NCBI GenBank assembly: GCA_004563595.2
Contig: CP042461.1
Coordinates: 30,001 to 62,000, forward strand
DNA: 32,000 nucleotides
From: Candidatus Saccharimonadota bacterium
GTDB taxonomy: Bacteria; Patescibacteriota; Gracilibacteria; BD1-5; UBA6164
Reading direction: 5' to 3'
The notes beneath the pieces were generated by a model. That model did not search any database, was not told the DNA's origin, and was given only the letters and a program-made list of their open reading frames with translations. Below are positions 9,288 through 20,600 of the stretch, one piece after another. Positions within the stretch are counted from its first letter, which is position 1. Each line of letters opens with the position of its first letter. The translations under genes and the position numbers were made by a program.

Positions 9288-9312
9288 AGTAATAGTTTTA
9301 AAAATAATTTTT

Positions 9313-9780
9313 TTACACTAACTTATCCACAAACAATACACCATTTATATGATCGATTTCATGTTGGACTATCCTTGAGCTGACTCATTCTAAGAGAAGG
9401 ACTCTATCTTTTCCTTTTCAGTCGAGATATTTTAGTTTGATTGTATGGTATCTTTCTACATTCCCTTTCATTCATGGAATAGATAAACACCCCTCTTCTT
9501 CTTTATCCATATTATCCGAATGAGTAAGTATTTCAGGATTTATCATCATGATAGTTTTGAAGTCTTCGTCATCCCGGTCTTTTAATAGACTCACAACGAT
9601 GAGTCGCTTATTTACTCATACTTGTGGAGCAGCAAGTCATACGCCATTATTGTCTGGATTTTTAACGTATTTAATCATCTGATTTCCAAGTTTTTCTATT
9701 TTTTTTATTTCAGATTGTTTTACTTGGTCGGAAACTTTTCTGAGTACTTGATTGTTTGTTCAAGTTTCAATATGTAACAT
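9313..9780 (-). CDS. def: Peptide deformylase
   Basis: Minus-strand translation with TGA=Gly: MLHIETGTNNQVLRKVSDQV...NNGVGLAAPQVGVNKRLIVV...EEGCLSIPGMKGNVERY...SRIVQHEIDHINGVLFVDKLV*. All three PDF motifs are present (G.G.AAPQ, EGCLS, QHE.DH). Length 468 nt, in frame. Confidence 0.9.
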
Positions 9781-9810
9781 AATATTTTTTAATAATAATT
9801 GTTCTCATTA

Positions 9811-9834
9811 TATCTATTTTTAGTCAAATAGATA
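9811..9834. promoter_or_regulatory. Perfect 9-bp inverted repeat in the def/ruvB divergent intergenic region
   Basis: TATCTATTT (9811-9819), 6-nt spacer TTAGTC, AAATAGATA (9826-9834). Located between divergently transcribed def (start 9780) and ruvB (start 9900). Candidate operator; function unknown. Confidence 0.35.
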
Positions 9835-9899
9835 GTTTTTTCTTTACAATTTAGTCTATATCCTTAATATATACATATATAAATTTTAACTCATTTCAT

Positions 9900-10907
9900 G
9901 TGATAGAATCATCAAATATAGAAGCAACAAGAGTTGTCTCTGCAAAGGAGAAAGAGGCTGATAAAGTTATGGGTTGAAATATTTTGAGACCAAAACAATT
10001 ATCTGATTATGTTGGACAGGCAAATATAAAAAAGCATTTAACGGTGTCTATCTCATCTGCAAAAATACGTTGAAACAGTTTAGAACATATATTGTTTTAT
10101 TGACCTCCAGGGCTTTGAAAAACCACTTTGAGTTCTATTATATCCTGAGAAATGTGAACGAACCTGAAATCAACTTCTGGACCTGCAATTGATAAACAAT
10201 CTGACCTGGTGAGTATACTTTCAAATTTAGAAGAGGGGGATATATTATTTATTGATGAAATTCATAGACTCAGACCCCAGGTAGAAGAAATACTTTATAC
10301 AGCTATGGAAGATTTTGAAATAGATATTATTGTATGAAGTGGTACTGGTGCTCAGAGTGTGAAACTCTCTTTGAAACCATTTACTCTTATAGGTGCAACA
10401 ACAAGGCTCTCAGCTCTATCATCCCCACTTAGAGATAGATTTGGGAATGTGTTAAAGCTTGATTTTTATAACAAAGAAGACATATCAATTATTATTCATA
10501 ATAACTGTAAAAAACTTGAATTAAATCTTACAGAAAGTACTATTGAAATAGTAGCAAAAAAATCAAGAGGAACACCGAGGATAGCGAATAGGCTCCTAAA
10601 AATAGTGAGAGATTATAAGACAATTTGAAAAGAAGTTTCAGATACAAAAGTGCTAGAGGAAATATTCCATGATATTTGAATAGATGATCTATGATTGGAT
10701 TACCTTGATAGAAAATACCTTGAAACTATTCAATCAAAATTTCGTTGATGACCTGTAGGGTTGAACACTCTTGCATCAGCTCTTTGAGAAGAAGAATGAA
10801 CTTTGGAAGATGTTGTAGAACCATATCTTCTTCAAATATGATTTATTGAGAGAACATCAAGAGGGAGAAAACTTACAGGATCAGCAATTAATCATTTAAG
10901 TATTTAA
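9900..10907 (+). CDS. ruvB: Holliday junction branch migration DNA helicase RuvB
   Basis: ...[97 protein letters not shown]...[22 protein letters not shown].... Both Walker A Gly codons written as TGA (10101-10103, 10116-10118). Start is GTG 9900 (MIESS...) or ATG 9969. Stop TAA at 10905-10907. Confidence 0.9.
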
Positions 10908-10908
10908 T

Positions 10909-11604
10909 ATGCAAGATAAAAATTACTCTTTATATGATGGATTATTTCATGTAAAAAAAATTATAAAAAAGAGGTTAGAATTTGATCCAAATATTTTTAT
11001 ATTTGTGACTTGATGATCAGCAAGTGGAAAGACATCAAGAGTAGCAAATAATATACAAAAATTTTTTAAAGAAGAATCGATCGTTCTTTCTATGGATAAC
11101 TACTTCAAATGAAAGGAATACTTTCAGAAGCATAATATTACATTTGATGAACCGGAGGCTATTGATATTGATTTACTCGTGAGTCATCTGGAGTTATTAA
11201 AAGATGGAAATATAGTGTATATTCCAGGTTATGATTTTAATAAAGGAGTTTCCATACCAGAGTCTATTAAAGTAGAGCCAAAGCGCATTATTATCATTGA
11301 GTGACTGTTTACTTTGGATGATAGGTTTGAAGAGGTATCAGACTTAAATATCTTTGTTGAGACAGCAGTAAATGGAAGGCTAATCAGGAGAGTTTTAAGA
11401 GATGTAAAAAGAACAAAACAAAAAGTAAATCAGATTGTAGACATCTTTGTAGAAGTTGTCCATCCTATGCATATGAAGCACATAGAGCCTCAAAAGAAAA
11501 ATGCAGATGTGATCATCTTAAATGAATTTATTCCTTATTTAGAGGTAAAAGGTTTAGATATAGAAAAATTTATAAATGAGAATAATATACCTACACTAAG
11601 TTAA
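10909..11604 (+). CDS. udk: Uridine kinase / phosphoribulokinase-family nucleoside kinase
   Basis: MQDKNYSLYDGLF...IFIFVTGGSASGKTSRVANNI...SMDNYFKGKEYF...FDEPEAIDIDLLVSHLELLKDGNIVYIPGYDFNKG...IIIIEGLFTL...D. P-loop GGSASGKT has its first two Gly as TGA (11011-11016). The track fragment 11314-11604 is in the same frame. Confidence 0.7.
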
Positions 11605-11609
11605 AATAT

Positions 11610-12512
11610 ATGAGCATATGGCAAGCAAAAACTTGGGGGGATTTATTAGTTTCCTCAGATCAAGTTGAAAAAATTATTGAAATAGACTGATTACAAGTAG
11701 AGAAAAGAAGTATTTGATTATGACAATATGGCTTGTTTATTTTGTGAATTGAAAAGGATGTTCATGATGATGTTCTTTCTAAAATAGAGGAAGTTTGCAA
11801 AAATGAAAGTTGTATCTTTTTCCAAATTGAAACAGTAAATTATAGATGAAAAATTATTAAAGTTGGATGAAAAAAGTGATATTACAAAAAATTTATTACT
11901 CCATACACAGCTATTATAGATCTAGAAAAATCGGAAGAAGAAATTTTGGCAAATATGAAGCCGAAATGAAGATATAATATAAAGCTTGCAGCGAAGAAAT
12001 GAGTAGAAGTAAAGTCTGTTGAAAAAACACAAGAAAATATAAAAGTTTTTTATAGTTTAATGTTTCAAACAACATCAAGAGATAAATTTAATGGGAATAA
12101 AATAGAGTATTATATAGATTTTCTGAATAAGTTAGATAATTCGCAATTATTAGTAGCCTATGCAGAATGTCAGACTCCAATTGCTGCTGGAATTTTTATT
12201 TTTGCTGCTGAAGTTTCTATTTATTATTATTGAGCATCAACTTCAGATAAAAAATATAGAAATCTGATGGCTCCATATTTATTACAATGGGAAGCGATAC
12301 AAGTTGCAAAAAAATCGGGATCTCAAATATATGATTTCTTATGAGTAGCAAGCCCAGGAGAAAAGAACTCACCTTTGTCTTGAGTGACAGACTTTAAAAA
12401 GAAGCTTACAAAGGATGTCAGAGAGGTTTCCACGAGTTATATTTGGATAAATAAGAGATTTATATATACTATGCTCGATTTATTGAGAAAAATAAAAAAT
12501 TTTATAAAGTAA
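11610..12512 (+). CDS. FemAB-family aminoacyl-tRNA-dependent peptidoglycan peptide-bridge transferase (FemX/MurM-like)
   Basis: MSIWQAKTWGDLLVSSDQVEKI...ILANMKPKGRYNIKLAAKKGVEVKSVEK...FYSLMFQTTSRDKFNG...AAGIFIFAAEVSIYYYGASTSDKKYRNLMAPYLLQWEAIQVAKKSGSQIYDFLGVASPG...SGVTDFKKKLT.... Matches the remembered FemAB-family layout (K.RYNIR.A.K.GV; YYGAS...LLQWEAI; YDF.G). Invisible in the standard-code track. Confidence 0.8.
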
Positions 12513-12522
12513 TTATAGACAA

Positions 12523-13782
12523 GTGTTAGACCTAAAAATAATCAGAGAAAATCCTGATGTTGTAAAAGATAATATCAAAAAAAGAAATCTAAAATTACAT
12601 TTAGATGATTTTTTAAGTCTTGATAAAGAGAAGCTAGGGTTTATCGTAAAGGTTGATGAATTGAGAGCAATCAGAAACAAAGTAAGTAAAGAAATTCCAT
12701 CTCTTCCGAATGAAGAGAAACAAGGAAAAATTATAGAAATGAAACAACTTTGAGAAGATTTGAAAATATTAGAAGAATCTCAAAAAGAAAATCTAGAGAA
12801 ATGGAACGCTTTATATTATCAAATTCCAAATGTATTAGATGATACAGCAGCAATTTGAGATACTGATGAAGATAATGTTCTTGAATCTAAATTTCTAGAA
12901 CCCACTTCATTTGATTTTGAAGCTCAGCCTCACTATGAAATTTGAGAAAAAAAATGATGGATAGATGTTGAAAAAGGATCAGAGGTTTCATGAGCACGTT
13001 TTTGGTATTTAAAGTGAGATTTAGTGTTATTACAATTTGCCTTAATTAATTATGCTATGTCTGTTTTGACGTCAAAATGATTTAATCCTATTCTTCCTCC
13101 AGTGCTTGTAAGAGAAAAAGCAATGTTTGGGACAGGTTTTTTTCCTGCAGGAGAGGATGGTTTATATAGGGTAAACCCTGATGAAGATGATCTTCATTTA
13201 GTAGGGACATCAGAAGTTCCAGTAACGAGTTATCACAGTGATGAGACTTTAGATTTAGATCAGCCAAAGATGTATGCCGCATATAGCTCATGTTTTAGAA
13301 GAGAAGCATGATCTGCATGAAAAGATACGAGAGGTATTCTTAGAGGACATCAATTTGATAAAATTGAAATGGTGACTTTTTGTAAAGCAGATGAATCACA
13401 AAAAATGCATGATTTTATGATAGGAGTAGAAGAAGAAATTTGGCAAGGACTTGAAATTCCTTATCAAAAAGTAAATGTATGTTCATGAGACCTTTGAAAT
13501 CCTGCAATGAAAAAATTTGACCTTGAGGCATGGATGCCAGGGCAAAAAAAATATAGAGAAGTAACCTCTTGTTCAAATGTGTGAGAGTATCAAACAAGAA
13601 GGTTATGAATCAAATACAAAGATGAAAATGGAAAATCTCAATTTGCACACACTCTTAATGGAACTGTTATTGCAATGAGTAGATGTATGATTGCGATTAT
13701 CGAAAATTATCAAACAACAGAAGGAGACGTGAGAGTTCCAGACGTATTAATACCATTTATGGGAGGAAAAAAAGTAATATAA
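12523..13782 (+). CDS. serS: Seryl-tRNA synthetase
   Basis: GTG start; [23 protein letters not shown]...[27 protein letters not shown]...[39 protein letters not shown].... Class II SerS motifs present. Track fragments 12523-12753 and 13102-13311 are in the same frame. Stop TAA at 13780-13782. Confidence 0.9.
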
Positions 13783-13806
13783 ACTTTATTATTTCAGTTG
13801 TTTTTT

Positions 13807-14478
13807 ATGAAAAAAAGAATTAAAATTATATTTATTGGATTATTTATAATTGCTTTTATAGGGCTACTTTATTTGATGTTTTCATTAGATAACTCTGAAG
13901 AAAACATTGATATTATTAAACCTGTTGATTTATCTAAAGGTACGTTTATACCTAATTTACCGCAACCAAATGAGGAAACAAGGATAAAGTTTATTTATGA
14001 TGGTGATTTATCAGGTGTAATATGGGGTGTTAAAGAACAACCTAAGGACTCAAGCATTGTTTTAAAAGTGTCTGAAGATAAAAAAAATATAAGTTTCGTT
14101 CCTAAAAAACAAGGACGTTACATATTAGAAGCGAGAGATCAAGAGAGTAATTCTAAAAGAGAGTTTTCTATAGCTGTATATAAGAGTTTATTAATTGATA
14201 AAAATAAAGTAAATAATAACGGAATAGTGCAAAATCAAAGATGGATTGAATCATCTGCCCTTCTTGAAGATGAAATTATTACCCTTCTTGAATCTAATGC
14301 TTATAGTGAATTGAATTATATTGGATATAAAAAAGATATATTTGGAGGGTTTCTTATTGAATTTGACGAGACAAACCCTGAAGCTTTCAAGCAGATTGAA
14401 TTGTTAAAATTAGATCAAAATATAGATGATGTAAAAAGTAGAAGAGATTGGAATTATTTTAAATATTCCATAAATTAA
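13807..14478 (+). CDS. Hypothetical N-terminally membrane-anchored or secreted protein, 223 aa, no TGA codon
   Basis: Intact in the standard-code track (13798-14478); ATG 13807 preferred (MKKRIKIIFIGLFIIAFIGLLYLMFSL...). All 11 Gly (my count) are GGN. Sits directly upstream of the giant ORF. No family recognised. Confidence 0.7.
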   Translation: MKKRIKIIFIGLFIIAFIGLLYLMFSLDNSEENIDIIKPVDLSKGTFIPNLPQPNEETRIKFIYDGDLSGVIWGVKEQPKDSSIVLKVSEDKKNISFVPKKQGRYILEARDQESNSKREFSIAVYKSLLIDKNKVNNNGIVQNQRWIESSALLEDEIITLLESNAYSELNYIGYKKDIFGGFLIEFDETNPEAFKQIELLKLDQNIDDVKSRRDWNYFKYSIN

Positions 14479-14556
14479 AATATAAGATTTAGCAGCTTAA
14501 ATTTCATAAAATAATGCATATTTTCTGTACACAAAAATAGTACAAAAAATGTTTGT

Positions 14557-14597
14557 AAAAAGGAGTTTTTTTCGTAAAATGTTAAAAACTCCTTTTT
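14557..14597 (+). terminator. Rho-independent terminator-like hairpin between the 13807 gene and the giant ORF
   Basis: Perfect 14-bp stem AAAAAGGAGTTTTT (14557-14570) / AAAAACTCCTTTTT (14584-14597), 13-nt loop, T-rich tail. A possible -35 TTTGTA (14552-14557) and -10 TAAAAT (14575-14580), 17 nt apart, overlap the hairpin; this is low confidence. Confidence 0.7.
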
Positions 14598-14625
14598 GTT
14601 TATTTGTTGAACGGAATACTATTTT

Positions 14626-17600
14626 ATGAGCTACTCAAAGATCCAAAAATTTTTATCAAGTCTTGTGCTTTTTAGTATCCTTTTTTCTATCACTGTTAGA
14701 GTACCTTTTTATAACTTTAGTGCTTTTGCTGGAAGTTCAGATTTTTATGATATAGTCTCAGTAATTGTTGAAGAGGAGATATATGATGATATAAAAATGG
14801 AAGTTAATAGATATGCAGCAGATATAGAGGGAGTATTAGATAATACAAAAGTAATTATTCTTCCTACTCCAAAAGATACTGACGTTTTTAATATTGCATC
14901 TGTAAATGAGGCTTTATATTTCGAGTGATATAAATGAGTAGAGAAAACGAACTTTGAATCAAAATTAGTTTGAACAGTGATTGTCGGAGATATAGGATTG
15001 CCCGTTGTATATGATGGTAATAATTCTTCAAAAACTATTCTTCCATTTGTTGATTTTGAAGATAAAGCATATATCTATAATCATTCAACGAAAAAATACG
15101 AAAAAAACTCAGGGAATGCAAATGGTTTACAAGCTGAAATATGGCATGGCCTCATTTCTCCAAATTTTTGAGATGACAAAAAAAATCTATCGTGACTCAA
15201 GGATTACTTCGATAAGAATCATGATTATTATGAATGAACAGGAAATTTTGACTGAGCAAATGGTCTTATAAATTGAAATATATGAGAAGGGAATCCCGTA
15301 GGATATGATCCAAATGTATTTTACTTTGATGCATTTAGGGAGTCAAAAGCCCTTAATTATAATAGTTTTGTTGGTTATAAATGATATCTAGAAAATAAAG
15401 AAGATATTGTCTACAATAGATTTAGTAATAGCTTAGCAGAAAAACTAAAAGACCAAGTTTTATGAAACTCAAACGATCAAATATGAGATTTACTTCAATC
15501 TGTTGCTCCTGATTTAGATGCGGGCTCACTTTCTCAATGACCAGACCTATCAAATACACCAGATATTCAATCAAGGCATGTGACTCAAAAAATAGCAAAG
15601 AAATTTATTGAAATTTTTGCGGGAGGAGCTTTGTGAGACTTTAGAAAAAATGTCCATAATGCATGACGTTATAATTGAATATGAGCAGAGGTAAATATGG
15701 ATATGATTCCATATTTTGTTACGGTACTCGATTCTGTAAATGATGAAGTTATAAAAGATGTTACCAGTGAGCTGGAAAATAAAATTGATGATTTGGTGAA
15801 AACTGAATTACAAGAAGATATATATGTTCCAACTATTTTAGAAGAATCAAATGCATATATTGATAGGTATAGAACATCAAATAATGGAAGTAGTAGGGAT
15901 GAGAATCTTTCGTATATAGACTATCAAACAAATATTCTGTACTGAATCCAGGCATCAAATATAACTGATGCGCTTCAATGTAGTATTTATAGAGGAGCTA
16001 CATATAACTGATGAACCCTTGTTGAAGCAAATAGGTGATTAAATATATCTCTTGTTACAGGTGATGTGGCACTCTTGGAAAATGAATCTATCAGTTGTCT
16101 ACAGGCTATTGAATCATGAGATTCGCTCAATTGATATTGGGGAAAAAATACCTGATTAAATTTAGATAGTGCAGCAGCTTGAACTTCAGGTTTACAATTA
16201 AAAGAGCATGATTTGAATGGTTCTATTCAACCTCTTTTTGACCTCGTTGGTTCAAGAGCAGTAGATAATACGGATAATAACCCATCGTACCTTGATTGTT
16301 TTGATAATAACTTCTTTGTTTCACGTGAGTATACTTTGAGTGGTGATAACACAAGTAGCAGACAAGATAGATTTACTACACTTACCTATGGATTACCAAT
16401 ATCCGGTAACTCGGCTGTAAATTGGAGCTGTAAAACAGTATCAAAGAAGTATGACTATACAAGGAAATATAATGATTTAAATGCAGAATGAAAATGTAGC
16501 GATGAAATATGTGTTGATTGAAAAAATAAAATATTTTTTAAAAAAATACCATCTTATATAGAACATAAATCCCCAACTGTAGATGAATTAAAAATTGAAA
16601 TCGAGAGTGGTATTACTCCGTCACTTCCAATTGATAGAGATAGATATATTGATTTTCAATGAAAAGGGGGGAATTATAAAAAAATAAATTACCCATATTT
16701 ATTCAGATTAACAGTTGAAGAAGGAGATGAACTCAGTACTAAAAATATTGAAAAAGCATTGACTAAATACCTTGATTCTAAAAAGAGTGAATTATGAGAT
16801 TTTGATCTGGTGAATTTTTTAAAATCTAAAGAAGACCAGTCAATAAACATCTGATGAGAAACAAAAACATTGAGTTATTACGATACATTGATTTTTGCGA
16901 TTTATTGGAATAATTTAAATACAGTCTCTTCAAAGTATAAATTTGTTTTTGAAAATTATCTTTCAGATCAACTTTGATCAGATGATGATAATTTTTATTT
17001 AGCAAAAAATAAAAAACAATATGAACTTGCGTATATTTGAGCTCCATGAGATGCACAAAATATGTATGTAAAGTTAGATCCAGAAGAAAAAGCAGAGAAT
17101 CCATATAGCGAAGTATTGAGTAAAAACAGCACTTTATCTACCCAGTTGCTTGGCTCAAATATTTGAATTTCAGAAAACCTAGGGAATGAATGAGTATTTC
17201 AATGTGCTCCACCTGAATGAGTTCCTATTTTTGAATGGGTGCCAGCTCTTGTATGTTGGATTTGAAACATGCTTCCTCCAACGATTTCTATATCTGATTG
17301 AGTGTGTGGACCCAGTTTATTGTCAGCTGATGAAAGACAAGAAATATTTGAGTGTTCTGGAGATGTAAATAAAAATGGTATTAATGATTGTATTGAAAAT
17401 AAATTACAATGAGGAAGTTTAGAACTAAAAACATCTTCAGATAAATACTACTATAACAAATCATGATCCCTCACTTCTCAGATCAAAGATAAAAACTGAA
17501 AAGTAGTCAAATTAGATAGTGCCAGTGAAGTTCATTTCGAACTCGTAAAACTAGAAATAAAAAAAGATAAAAATAAAGAACTCACTTCATCAAACACAGA

Positions 17601-20600
17601 AGTTATCTATGATACACAAAATAAAAATAATTTTGATCTTACAAAAGAATACATTTATTTTAAAAATGGAAAAGCAAAAGTAGCTTTATGAGAAGTAAAT
17701 TATGCTTTTGTTTCAAAAAATGAAGACGTGAATGCTTATTTTAAAGCTTCTGTTGAAACTTATGATAACCAAGAAAAGAAGGAAATATTTTTAGAGTCAG
17801 AGGAAATACAGATTTCAGTAAGAGGTGAAAGGCTCTTTACTTCAAGTTATAAAGTAGAGCAAGATAACTGATGAGTACATATAAATGTTTGAGAAAACTC
17901 TGTAAAAGTGAGTGATAAAATAAATATCTTTCTTGTCGATAAAGATAAACAAGATGTGAATGACATTTCAAAAAAAATTAGTTTTTCTTCAGTGTCATCA
18001 GAAAAAATGATACTTTCTTTAGAAAATATTTCTGATCTAGGAAAAACAACTCCTATTTCTTACCCAATAGCATTACAAATATCTCGAGATGGAGTGACTC
18101 TAGATACTTTCACTGTTCATGAGTCTGAAATGTGAGAGTTTAAGAATTTAGCTTCATTAGAAAAATCTTGAACCTATACTTTTGAGATACAAGATAATGA
18201 TTGATTTATATCAACACAAGATATAAATTTGATAGCAGAAGAACCAAGCGATCTACAAATACAGCTATGATCTACTCTTATTGAGGCAGGTTGAAATATT
18301 ACTACAAATATAATAAGTATATTAGATAAGTTCTGAAACCCTGTTATATGAGAGTTTTTAGACTTAGATATTGATATAGATGGTGCTTGATTGCTCTTTG
18401 AAGAAAATGAAAAAGATAATATATCATTACAAGTTTTAGAGTGATATAAAGTTTTTAGGCTACAGTCAACAGGTTCAGAATGAACAAATACTATCAAAGT
18501 AAATGTATGAGATGGATTTGGAAAAACACTTGCGAGTGCTCAGTCTGAAATCCAAGTATTAGATAAGATACAAACAGTTTTAAAACCTTTAGATTCAAAT
18601 ATTAGAGTAGGTGGGAACAGCTACAAATATGAGCTGAGTTTAAGGGACTCTAGGTGAAAAATTCTTTCAAATTTTAATTCAAGAGTGTATCTTGGAATAC
18701 AAAAAAACTATGGTTCAGCGATATCTCCATACGTTGAAATAAAAGGTGGAAGAGCTGAATTAGAATTTAAAACAGCAACTATAGCATGAGAAGTACCATT
18801 TGAGTTTCAAATAGAATGATTATGAAGAATTATTACAAAAAATATAACTATTCTTCCGGATGCAGCAATTAAAATTGATATGTCACTATCAAAGTCAAAA
18901 ATTGAGGCTTCAAAAGATGAATTTTCTCTTTTGAAAGTGGAACTAAAAGATAGATACTGAAATATTGTTCGTACTGATAACACTACAAACACAAAATTAG
19001 AGATTTTAGATCAATACAAAAACATTATTAGTTGAGATATATTATCTCAAACAGTACAAGCATGAGTATCTACATATAAGATTTTTTGAACAGAAAATCC
19101 ATGAACAGCCTATTTCAAAATTTCTACAAACCCATGACTTGAAAATAACGGCTTTGTTATAAGTGATGGTGCCTGAGAAATTACAGTGCAGTGAGTTTGA
19201 GAAAATATGGGAAAAATAGAGACATTCTATTTCTGGAATGCTCAAAGAATACAAGATACTAGATATAATGCGTTATATACTACTTTGTTGGGTGCTCCAT
19301 ATTGAGATGTGACTCAAGAAGATTACCTTGCATGAAGTCTATTGTTTCAAAAAGACAATAGGTCCCTTGCTGTTAGTTCATTATTAAATAGCCCATATTG
19401 ATATAGTGATATTATTGATATTAACCCTGAAGGATGAATAAAATTTGTTTATAATGATTCAGATGTTACTCAAGATATTGAATCAAGCATATGATTTGAT
19501 GAGAATAATTTGTTTATTAACCTATTCAATGCCTCATTATCTACATATTTATGAAAAGTTTATTTTAATTTTCCAAGTGATACAAACTTACAAGTTTGTG
19601 AAGGAACAAGCTTGTCTATTTGTGAAATAAGTTCAGAAAAAACAAGTATTTCTCTTCAGAGTAACGCCCAGGATTATTCTGCATATTTAGATTGAGATCT
19701 TTTAATACTACAGGACAAGTTTTGAAAAAAAATATTAGATATCGATTCAAGTGGACATATTAATAAATATTGAATTGTTGATTTTGTCTTGAGGAGTACA
19801 AATAATGGAAAATATCTTGATCTTGATATTCTATCATGAGATACAAATATAGGTTCTCTATGATTTCATTTTGTTGATGCAAATATAAATGTCTCAAGAG
19901 ATCAAAATAAATTTGAGAATAAAATTAAAAACCTTAAAAATAGTATATTAGTTTTATTATCTACGAATTCATACCAAACAAGAGATTCTTATAATTGAGA
20001 TCAATCAAGCAAAATCATCTATTACAATGATCCATTTTCTACAAAATATAGTTTAAATAACTTTACTAAAAACAATTCATTTTGATACGAAAACTTTGCA
20101 AAAAAATGATGACTATGATGGTCAGAAGAAAATAAAACTTTGCTGAACTTTGCAGCATGAAAGAGCGTTTGAGAATCTATAAAAGATTACTCAAGTTTTT
20201 CAGTTGTAAACTTATGAGACCCCGTACTTCAACTAAAAAAATCACCAAAAAAATTACCAAAAACTATAAAGGATAGGAAGTTTGATAGGACAATATGAAA
20301 CCAACTTACCTGAGATAAAGATATTCTTTCATATCAAGTATTTGATTATAATGCAGATGAAATTGATGACATTTTATTAATCAAAAATAATAATTACTTC
20401 AAGCTTTTAGAAAATACTCTCAATGATCAGAAATTTTTAGATACCTGAAATCTTGCTTATATATCTGATCTTGGAAATAAGGATTTAGTAAAAACTTGAG
20501 ATTTCACATGAGATAATTATGAAGATATCTTCTTTGTTAATAAAAATGGAGATCCCTTCTTATTAAATAATCAGGAAAAAGATTTTGTTCGAATTTCATT

